A stretch of 64,000 bases of DNA from Minisyncoccia bacterium. Lineage in GTDB: Bacteria; Patescibacteriota; Minisyncoccia; Phycocordibacterales; UBA918. Of this stretch, positions 37,809 through 48,015 are shown piece by piece. The stretch lies in the NCBI GenBank assembly GCA_046598345.1, contig JBKJIT010000001.1:44251-108250 (forward strand). The letters are read 5' to 3'. Made by a program: the position numbers and the translations under genes. Numbering within the stretch: position 1 is the first letter of the stretch; each line of letters opens with the position of its first letter. Under the pieces are notes generated by a model. That model did no database searches and was not told where the DNA came from. It saw nothing but the letters and a program-made list of their open reading frames with translations.

Positions 37809-39839
37809 ATGAATTTAGTTGCAAACAATATTGCTTCAAAGCTCTTTGTAGCTTTTGTCGCAGTTGCGATGCTCTTCACGCTTGCAGCGCCTGCAAAGGC
37901 TGCTACAGCTGAAGAACTCCAAACAATGATCAACACTCTGCTCGCGCAGGTTGCATCACTCCAGTCACAAGTTGGCCAGGGGGCGCAGTCAGTTGCGTCA
38001 GGAATCTGTCCATTTTCATGGACACGAAGCCTTGCGCAAGGTGCGACAGGTGCAGACGTTATGAAGCTCCAACAGTTCCTTAACGCTGACCTCGACACAC
38101 GTGTGTCAATGTCAGGTGCAGGTTCAGTTGGATCGGAAACACAATACTTCGGACCAGCAACAGCTGCCGCAGTATCGAAGTTCCAAATGAAATACCGAGC
38201 AGACATCCTTTCACCAGTTGGTCTCGTAAATCCAACAGCATATTTTGGACCTTCAACAATGGCGAAGGCAAACATGCTCTGTAATCAGGGGCCAGTAGTT
38301 GTTGTACCACCAGTTGATACTGATGATACAGACGATACTGACGATACTGATGATACAGATACTGATGATACAGATGATTCTGAGCTTCAAGGTGAAGCAG
38401 ATCTCGACACAGTTGAGATTAGCGACGCAAGTGATACGGATGCAGAGGAAGGTGCAGAAGATGTTGAAATTGCTGAAATCGATGTTGAATTCACCAATGG
38501 AGACGCTATGATCACCCGCCTTGACATCGCTCTTGAACTTTCAGGCGGAGAAGCTTGGGAGACATTCGAGGAAGTATCTCTCTGGATTGACGGAGAGGAA
38601 GTTGCTCGAGAGAGTGCGTCTGATGAAGATGATTACCTCGATGAGGATGATGGGACAATTCGATTCTCAGGTCTTGACATTGTTGCTCGAGAAGACGAAG
38701 AACTTACAATTGTTGTAGGTGCTACGATTCAGAGCAATCTTGATTCAGCTGACATGGGAGATTGGGAAATCTTCGCACACGGTCTTCGATTCGAGGATGC
38801 TGACGAAGTTACTACCACGGACGACTCAACGGGAGATCTTATCGGTAACACAACTTCTCCTTTCACAGGAGATCCTTCTGCAACAATCGAAATTGAAGAA
38901 GAAGGTGGAGAAGATGAGCTTATCGTAAAGACTTCAGCAGAGGATCCAACAGGTTCTGTGCTTCAGGTTGAAGATGACTCTAAGTCAGACTGGTACAATG
39001 TATTCTCATTCGATCTCGATACTGATGATTCTACAAACGATATCGAACTCAATAGTGTTGTAGTTCACCTTGCATTCAGTTCTTCAACGTACGCGACGCT
39101 TGTGGACGATGCAGAGCTCGTTATTGATGGTGTAACTATCAATGATGTCACTGCGTCAGGTACGGGGCTTACAGTTGACCTCACATTTGATGTCGACGGT
39201 GATGTAACTATCGAAGCGGGTGATCGAATTGCTGCTGAGCTTATGCTCAAGTTCAATTCTCTTGCGCTTGGTAATGAAGGAGTTACAGTTACGGGTTCTC
39301 TCACAGCAGCCAACCGCGCTCTAATTGACGCAGAAGGTGCTGATGATCTCGCAACTTCACAGTTGTCTGGATCAGCAACGGGAGAAGCTCATACACTTCG
39401 AACTTCAGGAGTTGATGTAACTGCTGGAGACATTGAAGAGGACGTTACAGTAGTTGACGGAGCTAGTGATTACGGTACATACAGCATTGAGTTTGATGTC
39501 ACTGCATTCGAACAGGATGTATACATTGCTATTGCACCAGCTACTTCAATCTCATACGTGCTTGAAGACAGCTCAGGTTCAACATCTGTTACTGGTACTC
39601 GATCAGTAACCCTTACTTCAACAGCTGATGAAGAAGGTTCTACCTTCGAAGTTACTGAGGGTGATACGGAAACGTTCACACTCACGGTTACTTACACACC
39701 AGGTGTAGCTAGCACAGCTTCGCGTCTACAGCTCAACTCTGTAATATTTGGTTCATCTTCAGGAACGCCAACAGGTCAGACCTGGACAGCGTCACCAGAT
39801 GAGGATTACCGAACAGGAGTTATCACAATGGTTAACTAA
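37809..39839 (+). CDS. Secreted, highly acidic surface protein: signal peptide + peptidoglycan-binding (PG_binding_1-like) domain + (DTDDT)n linker + long beta-rich acidic domain
   Basis: Signal peptide AVAMLFTLAAPAKA; PG-binding-like segment (GATGADVMKLQQFLNADLD...YFGPATAAAVSKFQ); DTDDT repeats; Asp/Glu/Thr/Ser-rich remainder. Confidence 0.6.
   Translation: MNLVANNIASKLFVAFVAVAMLFTLAAPAKAATAEELQTMINTLLAQVASLQSQVGQGAQSVASGICPFSWTRSLAQGATGADVMKLQQFLNADLDTRVSMSGAGSVGSETQYFGPATAAAVSKFQMKYRADILSPVGLVNPTAYFGPSTMAKANMLCNQGPVVVVPPVDTDDTDDTDDTDDTDTDDTDDSELQGEADLDTVEISDASDTDAEEGAEDVEIAEIDVEFTNGDAMITRLDIALELSGGEAWETFEEVSLWIDGEEVARESASDEDDYLDEDDGTIRFSGLDIVAREDEELTIVVGATIQSNLDSADMGDWEIFAHGLRFEDADEVTTTDDSTGDLIGNTTSPFTGDPSATIEIEEEGGEDELIVKTSAEDPTGSVLQVEDDSKSDWYNVFSFDLDTDDSTNDIELNSVVVHLAFSSSTYATLVDDAELVIDGVTINDVTASGTGLTVDLTFDVDGDVTIEAGDRIAAELMLKFNSLALGNEGVTVTGSLTAANRALIDAEGADDLATSQLSGSATGEAHTLRTSGVDVTAGDIEEDVTVVDGASDYGTYSIEFDVTAFEQDVYIAIAPATSISYVLEDSSGSTSVTGTRSVTLTSTADEEGSTFEVTEGDTETFTLTVTYTPGVASTASRLQLNSVIFGSSSGTPTGQTWTASPDEDYRTGVITMVN
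38326..38387 (+). repeat. Tandem 15-nt (gatactgatgataca-like) repeats encoding (DTDDT)n
   Basis: Visible nucleotide periodicity inside the surface-protein gene. Confidence 0.7.
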
Positions 39840-39880
39840 CATTAACTAATGTTTTAACTCTGACGTAAGTCAAGGTTAGC

Positions 39881-39907
39881 AAAAGACCCCGCAAGGGGTC
39901 TTTTGTG
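39881..39907 (+). terminator. Terminator aaaagaccccgc-aa-ggggtcttttg
   Basis: Perfect hairpin plus T-run, after the surface-protein gene. Confidence 0.65.
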
Positions 39908-40010
39908 TATGTGTCCCATTGTGCAAAAACTGAAGAGGAAAACCCCGCGGCAAAGCGTGCGGGGTTTTCCTCTTCTTCACGCTAAAAAGCCCACGAAAAA
40001 GTTCGAAAAG

Positions 40011-40775
40011 CCCACGGAGGCCGGACCTCCGGAATATTCCGGAGGTCCGGCCTCCGTGGGTGTTATACTAAACCTATGTCTCAACGCAAAATCCAGTTTT
40101 CACCGGGAGAGTATTATCACATATATAATCGCGGAAATAGCAAGCAAGACATTTTCAGAGATGAGAGAGATTATATGCGTTTTCAATCTCTTCTGTACAT
40201 TGCAAATGGAACAAAATCATTTGAATTCAGGGAAGCACGTAAGGATGAAATATTCGATTTTGATAAGGGAGAGCAACTCGTGTATATAGGAGCGTACTGT
40301 TTAATGCCTAATCACTTCCACATTCTGATAACTCCTGCAAAAGAGAAAGGAATTCAATTATTTACACAGAAACTCGCAACGGGATACTCAATGTATTTTA
40401 ATAAGAAATATGAACGGGTAGGCGGATTATTTGAAGGGAGGTTCAAATCTAAGCATGCGTATTCAGATCAATATTTAAAATATTTATTTTCTTACATTCA
40501 CCTTAATCCAACTAAACTCATTCAATCTGATTGGAAAGAAGTGGGAATACGAAATTTGAATTATACAAAAGGCTATGTAGAACAATATCGTTACTCAAGT
40601 CTTCAAGATTACCTAAGTAAGCGTCTGGAAAGTTCTATATTAAATAATGAAAAATTTCCAGAATACTTTTTAGGGAAGAAAGAAATTGACTCCGAATTAC
40701 TCCAATGGCTTACCTACAAGGAAACATCACCAGAATTAATTTGACTTCTTCCGGAGGTCCGGCCTCCGGAAGAAG
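40011..40775 (+). mobile_element. IS200/IS605-like / REP-associated tyrosine transposase (RAYT) unit flanked by REP-like palindromes
   Basis: A 50-bp perfect palindrome at 40011-40060 and a related palindrome at 40745-40775 share the ccggaggtccggcctccgg core and bracket a Y1-transposase gene. Confidence 0.7.
40076..40744 (+). CDS. tnpA: Y1 (HUH) tyrosine transposase, IS200-like/RAYT
   Basis: YHIYNRGN, HUH motif (MPNHFHILI), catalytic Tyr region (YIHLNP). Confidence 0.8.
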   Translation: MSQRKIQFSPGEYYHIYNRGNSKQDIFRDERDYMRFQSLLYIANGTKSFEFREARKDEIFDFDKGEQLVYIGAYCLMPNHFHILITPAKEKGIQLFTQKLATGYSMYFNKKYERVGGLFEGRFKSKHAYSDQYLKYLFSYIHLNPTKLIQSDWKEVGIRNLNYTKGYVEQYRYSSLQDYLSKRLESSILNNEKFPEYFLGKKEIDSELLQWLTYKETSPELI

Positions 40776-40905
40776 AAATCATTTGTTGCTATACTAGAAA
40801 TAATGTTTAACAAGACCTTTTACAAGTTCTTCTTTACCTTTCTTGTAATTATTGCAAGCACTCTCGTTCTCATTCTTGTAGTGGGAGCGGGAGCAGAGAA
40901 ATAGT

Positions 40906-41385
40906 ATGCGTATTTCTGATCAATATTTTTGGAACTTCGTTTTTCTTCTCTTTTTCTTAGGGATGGTTATTATGGGAACTATAATTCTCGAAACGGAGAC
41001 GTATAAGAAATTTGCAGAGCTTACGCTTACTGATTTTGTACTTATGTCGCTCGCGGCGTTTCGTCTTACTCGTATGGTGGTATATGACAAGATCTTTGCT
41101 TTTTTCAGGGAACAGTTCTGGGATTTGAAGGAACTCAAAAGCGGCTTCGTACTTGTGAAACCGGAGAGAGGTCCACGCCGCACGCTCGCAGACTTACTCT
41201 CTTGCCCGTGGTGCTTTGGGATGTGGGCAGGTGCGACTGTTTCTTTCTTTTACCTTCTTACGCCGTATGCATTTTATCCCGTGCTTCTTCTTTCGATTTC
41301 GTCCCTCGCAACGCTTATCCAAATCGCCGCAAATTTGATTGGGTGGAGAGCGGAACAACTCAAGAGTGATGTCGAATCACTTTAG
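40906..41385 (+). CDS. DUF1360-like small membrane protein (CPWCFGMW motif)
   Basis: Three to four TM helices and a conserved CxWCxxxW segment. Confidence 0.45.
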   Translation: MRISDQYFWNFVFLLFFLGMVIMGTIILETETYKKFAELTLTDFVLMSLAAFRLTRMVVYDKIFAFFREQFWDLKELKSGFVLVKPERGPRRTLADLLSCPWCFGMWAGATVSFFYLLTPYAFYPVLLLSISSLATLIQIAANLIGWRAEQLKSDVESL

Positions 41386-41696
41386 AACGTCCAGAAAGCC
41401 TATCGCCACTTTCTAATTTCCAAACACGCTGTTTGCGTAAATTGTATTTTTTGGTATAGTCTTTCGCATACAGGCTCATGACAGCTGGTCTCATATCGGA
41501 AAGGATATGACGTAATGAACCGTTTGGTTCGCCGGCCGAGGTCCCATCTCTTTTTAGAAAGATAGGGGGTCGAACTCAAGTCTGCCGAGCAAATTGCTCG
41601 GTTCGTCTGTTTTATAAACTAAGAAAAGAAATTATTTTTAGAACAATTCGAGACGTGAGTGAATGGGCGACTAAGCTGTAGTTAGCTCTACAGCGC

Positions 41697-42233
41697 ATGG
41701 AGCACATGAGTGAAACAACGAAGAAGTGTTCAAAAATAAGTACTTTTATGGCAGTAACAAAAGCAAAGAAGGGAGAAATAATCACCAAGCTTGAAGGCAT
41801 CAAGAAAGATGCCGACACGATGGTCTTTGTGAATTACAAAGGACTGAGCGTAGCGGATACAACCGCCATGCGAGCAAAGCTCCGTGAAAGTGGAGTGGGG
41901 TACTTTGTTGCAAAGAAAACGCTCATGCAGCGAACCTTTGGAGAAGGATTTGAAGGAACGATGCCTACCATGGAGGGAGAGATTGCTGTTGCATACAGTG
42001 AGGACGCGATGGCTCCCGCGCAGAATATGAAAGAGTTCGCAGGAAAATTCAAGGACAACGTAGCCATCTTGGGCGGCGTGTTCCAGGGAGTTTGGAAAAA
42101 TAAGGAGGAGATGACAGAAATTGCATCAATTCCGCCACTCGAGACACTTCGCGGAATGTTTGCCCAGCTCATTAACTCACCACGACAACGATTCGCAGTG
42201 GTACTAAGCAAAGTATCGGAAACAAAGCCCTAA
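41697..42233 (+). CDS. rplJ: 50S ribosomal protein L10
   Basis: L10 sequence; the likely true start is the Met at 41748 (MAVTKAKKGEI). Confidence 0.85.
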   Translation: MEHMSETTKKCSKISTFMAVTKAKKGEIITKLEGIKKDADTMVFVNYKGLSVADTTAMRAKLRESGVGYFVAKKTLMQRTFGEGFEGTMPTMEGEIAVAYSEDAMAPAQNMKEFAGKFKDNVAILGGVFQGVWKNKEEMTEIASIPPLETLRGMFAQLINSPRQRFAVVLSKVSETKP

Positions 42234-42355
42234 TATTACAAATTCAGACTGAGGTGGTAAACGGGAACCTGGCGCTCGTTTTGAAGGACGGGGGTCCACA
42301 AAACGACGGCTAAGATTTTCTAATTTGCTACGCTCATAATTAAATCTAAGCACAC

Positions 42356-42718
42356 ATGAACAACGATCAAATTATTGAAGCAGTTGAGAAGATGACCGTA
42401 CTTGAACTCAACACGCTCGTTAAGACAATTGAAGAGAAGTGGGGAGTATCTGCGGCAGCAGTTGCAGTTGCTGGACCAGCAGCAGGGGGTGACGCAGGTG
42501 AAGAGCAAAGTGAGTTCAATGTTGAGCTTACTGAGGCAGGTGCTCAAAAGATTGCCGTTATTAAGGTGATTAAGGAAGCCCTCGGACTTGGTCTCAAGGA
42601 GGCTAAGGACATGGTAGATGCAGTACCTGCTATGGTTAAGGAAGGTATGAAGAAAGAAGATGCAGAAGTCCTCAAGGCGAAGCTCGAAGAAGCTGGAGCA
42701 AAAGTAACTTTGAAATAA
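42356..42718 (+). CDS. rplL: 50S ribosomal protein L7/L12
   Basis: N-terminal dimerisation domain, Ala/Gly hinge, C-terminal domain [19 protein letters not shown]. Confidence 0.9.
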   Translation: MNNDQIIEAVEKMTVLELNTLVKTIEEKWGVSAAAVAVAGPAAGGDAGEEQSEFNVELTEAGAQKIAVIKVIKEALGLGLKEAKDMVDAVPAMVKEGMKKEDAEVLKAKLEEAGAKVTLK

Positions 42719-42725
42719 GTTTCCC

Positions 42726-42770
42726 AACACAAAAAACGTGGACTGTTGTCCGCGTTTTTTTGTTGTGTGT
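42726..42770 (+). terminator. Terminator after rplL
   Basis: caacacaaaaaacg...cgtttttttgttgtg with an inner hairpin. Confidence 0.6.
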
Positions 42771-42811
42771 TAGACTCTTGTAGTTTTGTGTCAACCTGAC
42801 AAGGAGGCCAT

Positions 42812-42994
42812 ATGGCTACTTCAGAAGTATCGACTGAAGAAGTCGTGCGTAAGGTAAAGGGGGTGCTCGATAGTGGAGAAGCAGATCGACTTATGGAAGA
42901 GTGTAATACAGGAGAAGCTGATCGAAAGATTGAACAACTGCGAAGAGCAGAGCATATTTCTGAAGAAGTTTGGCACAGACGCATAACGATTTGA
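42812..42994 (+). CDS. Small acidic 60-aa protein with its own SD and terminator
   Basis: caaggaggccatATG; hairpin terminator at 43001-43040 (aaaacccacc...ggtgggtttt). Confidence 0.35.
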   Translation: MATSEVSTEEVVRKVKGVLDSGEADRLMEECNTGEADRKIEQLRRAEHISEEVWHRRITI

Positions 42995-43122
42995 AGGCAG
43001 AAAACCCACCTCCTCGCATACGAGTTCGCGGTGGGTTTTTTCTTATTTCATGACATGTCACATCGTTTTGTCCAGGTTATGTGGAAAAAATCCGCGTGCT
43101 ATAATCTCGTCACTATTTCAGT

Positions 43123-43746
43123 ATGACAGATCCGCTTGCAATTCTGTTCGGCTCACCAGCTCGGGTAAAACTGCTTCGTTTTTTTCTTTTTAATCCGTCC
43201 CAAGAGTTCACCTTTGATGATATTTCAAGGCGTGCAAAGCTTGTACGTCGTACTGCCCGTACGGAGATTAATGCGCTTGAGCGAGCGGAAGTGATTAAGC
43301 GAAAGATGGTCTACCACAAACTTCCAAATCGCGATATTAGGACGCGCGTTTTGATCTATACGCTGAATAACAAATTTCCACAGCTTTCATCACTGCAAAC
43401 ATTTCTTTTTGAAACTGCACCGATTGATGGGAAGACGTTAACTAAACATATTCGCAAAGCAGGCCCCGTTGATTTTGTTGCATGTGCGGGGGTGTTTATG
43501 CGCGAATTTGATCGGAGACTCGACGTGCTTGTCGCAATGAAAAAACTTAATGAGGGAAAGATCGAGGTTGCAATGCGCTCGCTTGAATCCGAACTCGGCA
43601 TTGAAATTAAATATGCAACGTTCACGACGGAAGATCTCATTTATCGAGTCGGAATGTACGATAAGCTCACGCGCGACTTTTTTGATTACCCGTATCAGAT
43701 ACTTGTTGATAAGGTGGGGATTAGGGACGAGCTCCATCGGCCGTAG
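43123..43746 (+). CDS. Hypothetical protein, N-terminal winged-helix-like region
   Basis: No catalytic motif recognised. Confidence 0.4.
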   Translation: MTDPLAILFGSPARVKLLRFFLFNPSQEFTFDDISRRAKLVRRTARTEINALERAEVIKRKMVYHKLPNRDIRTRVLIYTLNNKFPQLSSLQTFLFETAPIDGKTLTKHIRKAGPVDFVACAGVFMREFDRRLDVLVAMKKLNEGKIEVAMRSLESELGIEIKYATFTTEDLIYRVGMYDKLTRDFFDYPYQILVDKVGIRDELHRP

Positions 43747-43979
43747 CTTTGATTTTGGCCATCTGCGTTGATTACTGCAGTACATAGCATTCGGCGTAGT
43801 TATATACGCCTCATGATATTTTCTTTGTGCTCCTAGCATCTGGCTCATAATCACAGCTGCGGAGACTAACAAGCTAATAAATCTGACCCAAAATCTGTAT
43901 TTTGACCCACCTGCATGGGGTCTCATTGAAGGAAAAATGGAGGGCAAAAATGAGTAATCTGAAGGACGCTAGAACGGCC

Positions 43980-44007
43980 TTGACTCCCTAACGCTTTCCT
44001 ATATAAT
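43980..44007 (+). promoter_or_regulatory. Near-consensus sigma70 promoter TTGACT-N16-TATAAT upstream of 23S rRNA
   Basis: ttgact ccctaacgctttccta tataat, about 500 nt before the mature 23S 5' end. Confidence 0.55.
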
Positions 44008-44718
44008 GGCGCCTACGTGTTTATGCATTTTTCACTAAGAACCACTTAGCGGCACCAGAACCGAAGGGTTCATTGTGCCGCCTCGCGCGGTTTTTTTAGT
44101 CAAAAATGCAAGGGGATACGTGTGATCATTGATAAATCCTAGAGGCAAGATCGAGCGCTTTTGGCGCCCTGGTTTCGTCTATAGGAGTTGCGTAACAATG
44201 GTCACGCAATCACATATCCTCGAGACGAGGTTGATAAGGCCTCGTCTCAGAAAAACAAATCCTGCTCGGGAATCGACGCCCGAGTAGGTGCATCTCTCAC
44301 TCAAATGAGAGGTGTCAGGTGAATGTGTAGCGTTTAGATTTTGTGTCATCGACACGGGGTCTTTTCGTCCGCTACACATTCAACACACACAACGTTTCTT
44401 TCACTTAGTATTTTTGTGGAAGAGACAAACAAGTAAGAATTGTACAGCGGTGTACAGAATCAGGTAGGTGAATGTAAAGCACTCGTAAAGCGGTGTATAG
44501 CATTCCCTACAGGATAAAGGGTGTATGGTGGATGCCTAGGTTTCAAGAAGCGATGAAGGACGTGGTATGGCTGCGTTAAGTTCCGGTTAGATGCCAAATA
44601 ATCTATGACCCGGAAATCTCCGAATGAGGAAACTCACCTGCTTACGGCAGGTACCCATGTATGTGGGAGCGTACCCAGCGAAGTGAAACATCTCAGTAGC
44701 TGGAGGAAAAGAAAGCAA

Positions 44719-44813
44719 TAACGGAACTTTCTTTCTGAACGGATGCTTAGCATCCGAACACGAAAGTGCGTAGGGTGCGAAAGTACCATTACGTTCAGGA
44801 AGAAGGTTCTTGC
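44719..44813 (+). other. About 95-nt insertion in 23S domain I
   Basis: Lies between GGAAAAGAAAGCAA and AATTCCCTGAGTAGCGGCGAGCGAA, which are adjacent in E. coli. Contains the hairpin gaacggatgcttagcatccgaac. Confidence 0.55.
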
Positions 44814-45081
44814 AATTCCCTGAGTAGCGGCGAGCGAAACGGGATGAGCCCAAACCATTCGTGTTTACATGGATGGGGTTGTAGGGCAGTAGCGTCATTT
44901 AGTTGAGAAGAGTAAAAAATTGTCGGGATAACAAAACGCGTTGGGAAGCGCGACCCTAGTAGGTAATAGTCCTGTATGTGAAATTACGACAACTCTTTTG
45001 TTACTGTTCCTGAGTAGTTCGGGACATGAATAGCCCGAATGAATCTGGGAGTACTAACTCCTAAGGCTAAATATTCTTGAA

Positions 45082-45127
<46 letters not shown>

Positions 45128-45692
45128 GGAGAGGGGAGTGAAATAGATCTGAAACCATACACTTACAAGGAGTCGCGGCCCTGCGGGGTTGCGGCGTGCC
45201 TATTGAAGAATGAGCCGGCGAGTGTACCTTTGTCCTTTGTCTAAGTGGTAATCCCACGGAGGCACAGTGAAAGCGAGCGTGAATAGCGCGAATATAGGGC
45301 AGGGGTACGACCCGAAGCGGGATGAGCTTGCCATGTGCAGGGTGAAGCGACGGTAAAACGTCGTGGAGGCCCGAACCGGTTGGCCGTTCAAAACCATCGG
45401 ATGACATGTGGTAGGGAGTGAAAAGCTAATCGAATTCCGTAATAGCTGGTTCTCTCCGAAACAGCTTTAGGGTTGGCGTCGCGTGTTCCTCCTGGGGGTA
45501 GAGCACTGGAAGGTCTAAATAGGGCGAAAGCTCGTTAGACCTATCAAACTCCGAATACCAGGTAGTTATAGCGCGGCAGTTAGACTATGGGGGAGAAGCT
45601 CCATTGGTCGAAAGGGAAACAGCCCAGATCGCCAGTTAAGGTCCCTAAATATATGCTCAGTGCAACTTGAGGAGGTGAGGATTCACGAACAA

Positions 45693-45723
<31 letters not shown>

Positions 45724-46576
45724 TAAAGAAAGCGTAACAGCTCACTGGTCGAGAGTCCTTGCGCCGAAGATGATCGGGGCTCAAGCATATTACCGAAACT
45801 GCGGATTTCATATTTTCTTCGGAAAGTATGGAGTGGTAGGAGAGCGTTCTGTTCTGCGATGAAGCCAAGGGGGGACCCGCGGTGGAGCGTACAGAAGTGA
45901 GAATGCCGGCACAAGTAACCGCAACACGGGTGAGAACCCCGTGCGCCGAAATACCAAGGTTTCCTTCGCTATGTTGTTCAGCGAAGGGTTAGTCGGTCCT
46001 AAGCCGATCCCGATCGGGGGAGGCGATGGATAGCAGGTTAATATTCCTGCACACTGTTTTGTTGCGATGGAGGGACGGAGTGTTGTACTCAAAGCATCTT
46101 ATTGGATTGGTGCTGGAGTTATGAGGACGTGAAGTAGGCAAATCCGCTTCGCTCACTTTAATGTGAAGTCCAAGTAAGGTCTGAAAGGGATCCTTCGGGT
46201 GAACTGATTTGGGGAGCACGCTTCCGAGAAAAACTTCTAAGGTTAAACAAAATGGTTCCGTACCGCAATCCGACACAGGTGGTAAGGTCGAGTAGACCAA
46301 GGCGAACGAGTGAGATGCTCTTAAGGAACTCGGCAAAAAAGCGGCCGTAACTTCGGGATAAGGCCTGCCCCTAGCAATAGGGGCCGCAGCGAAAGATTTC
46401 CTGGCGACTGTTTAACAAAAACACAGCTCCCTGCGAACACGTAAGTGGATGTATAGGGGGTGACGCCTGACCAATGCCGGAAGGTCAAACATGGAGGGTG
46501 AAGTGTATTTATATGCTTTGCTGGGCTATGTAAGCCCCGGTCAATGTCAGCGATAACTATAATCGTTCTAAGGTAG

Positions 46577-46770
46577 AGCAATTTTCTTCGGAAAATTGCT
46601 CTAGGACTGGAACGATTATAGGTTAAACATACAAGTGCCAAATGCTACCTTGTATGCAGAAATGCATGCATAGTCCAAATGCAACCAATAAGAGACCAAA
46701 TGTTGCACATCCTCGTCACGTAACAGTGAACGGATGAAGATAGAGTCCTTCTGCAATAAATAGGAAGAAG
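46577..46770 (+). other. About 190-nt insertion in 23S domain IV at the L1931-equivalent site (between CUAAGGU(AG) and AGCGCAAUUCCUUGUCGGGUAAGUUCCGAC)
   Basis: The flanks match the conserved H69-H71 region. The insert starts with an 11-bp stem and UUCG loop (gagcaattttc-ttcg-gaaaattgctc) and ends ...gaagaag. Confidence 0.6.
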
Positions 46771-47409
46771 AGCGCAATTCCTTGTCGGGTAAGTTCCGAC
46801 GTGCACGAATGGCGTAACGACTGGGAAACTGTCTCAAGAGCATGCTCGGTGAAAATACAATGGGGGTGAAGATGCCCCCTACCTGCAGTTAGACGAAAAG
46901 ACCCTAGGAGCTTTACTGTAGCTTCGTATTGGGGCTGTTTGATTAATGCGTAGCATAGGTGGGAGACTTTGAAGCGGGCTTTCGGGTTCCGTGGAGTCGA
47001 AATATGAAATACCACTCTTTAATTGGGCAGTTCCTAACCTCGTAGGCAAAACCTACGAGAGACAGTGCGTGGCAGGCAGTTTTAGTGGGGCGCTACCCTC
47101 CCAAAAAGTAACGGAGGGGTCTCAAGGTTGGTTAGGCGCGAATGGAAACCGTGCCGATAGTGTAATGGCATAAACCAGCTTGACTGTAAGACGTAGGTGT
47201 CAAACAGATGCGAAAGCAGAGCATAGTGAACCGATGGCCCGCGTTAGATGCGGCCGGAGATTACCCGATAAAAGTTACCCTAGGGATAACAGGCTAGTCG
47301 TGCCCAAGCGTCCATAGCGACGGCACGGTTCGGCACCTCGATGTCGGTTCAACTTATCCTGGGGCTGGAGCAGGTCCCAAGGGTTTGGCTGTTCGCCAAT
47401 TAAAAAGTT

Positions 47410-47447
<38 letters not shown>

Positions 47448-48015
47448 CTCTATCTACTGCAGGCGTCGATTCTTGATGAGATTTGTCCCTAGTACGAGAG
47501 GACCGGGATGAACGAACCTCTGGTCTATCGGCTGTCACGCCAGTGGCACTGCCGAGTAGCTATGTTCGGAATGAATAACCGCTGAAAGCATCTAAGCGGG
47601 AAGTCAACTCAAAGATGATGAATCATTAAGTCCCCTGAGAGATGATCAGGTTGATAGGCACTAGGTGTACGTGCAGTAATGCATGCAGCCGAGGTGTACT
47701 AATTGGACGTATTCCTGTAGGGAATGCTGTACATGGCCCACGATGTTGAAATTTGCACATTTCTGCGTTATGCGTCGGGAAACGTTGTTCACTGGACTAA
47801 AATGTCCCGTTCACAACATTTCCCTCGCATGCCTTGAACTGTATTAAATTTTAACATCGTGAAAATAAGCTGTGTACATTTCTACGGATTCTGTACACAA
47901 AAACAATTTTTACAAAGTGTTGTGTGAGTCGATCAAGTCCACGAGGATATGTGATTCTGAAAGCAATGTTTCGGAACTAAATATTGAATATGGTAACAAG
48001 GTTTACCTACCTAAT

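Noticed and set aside
38326-38387. Possible CRISPR-like short repeats
   Set aside because: The repeats are contiguous with no spacers, are in-frame, and encode (DTDDT)n. This is a coding tandem repeat, not a CRISPR array. No CRISPR array or cas genes were seen anywhere in the window.
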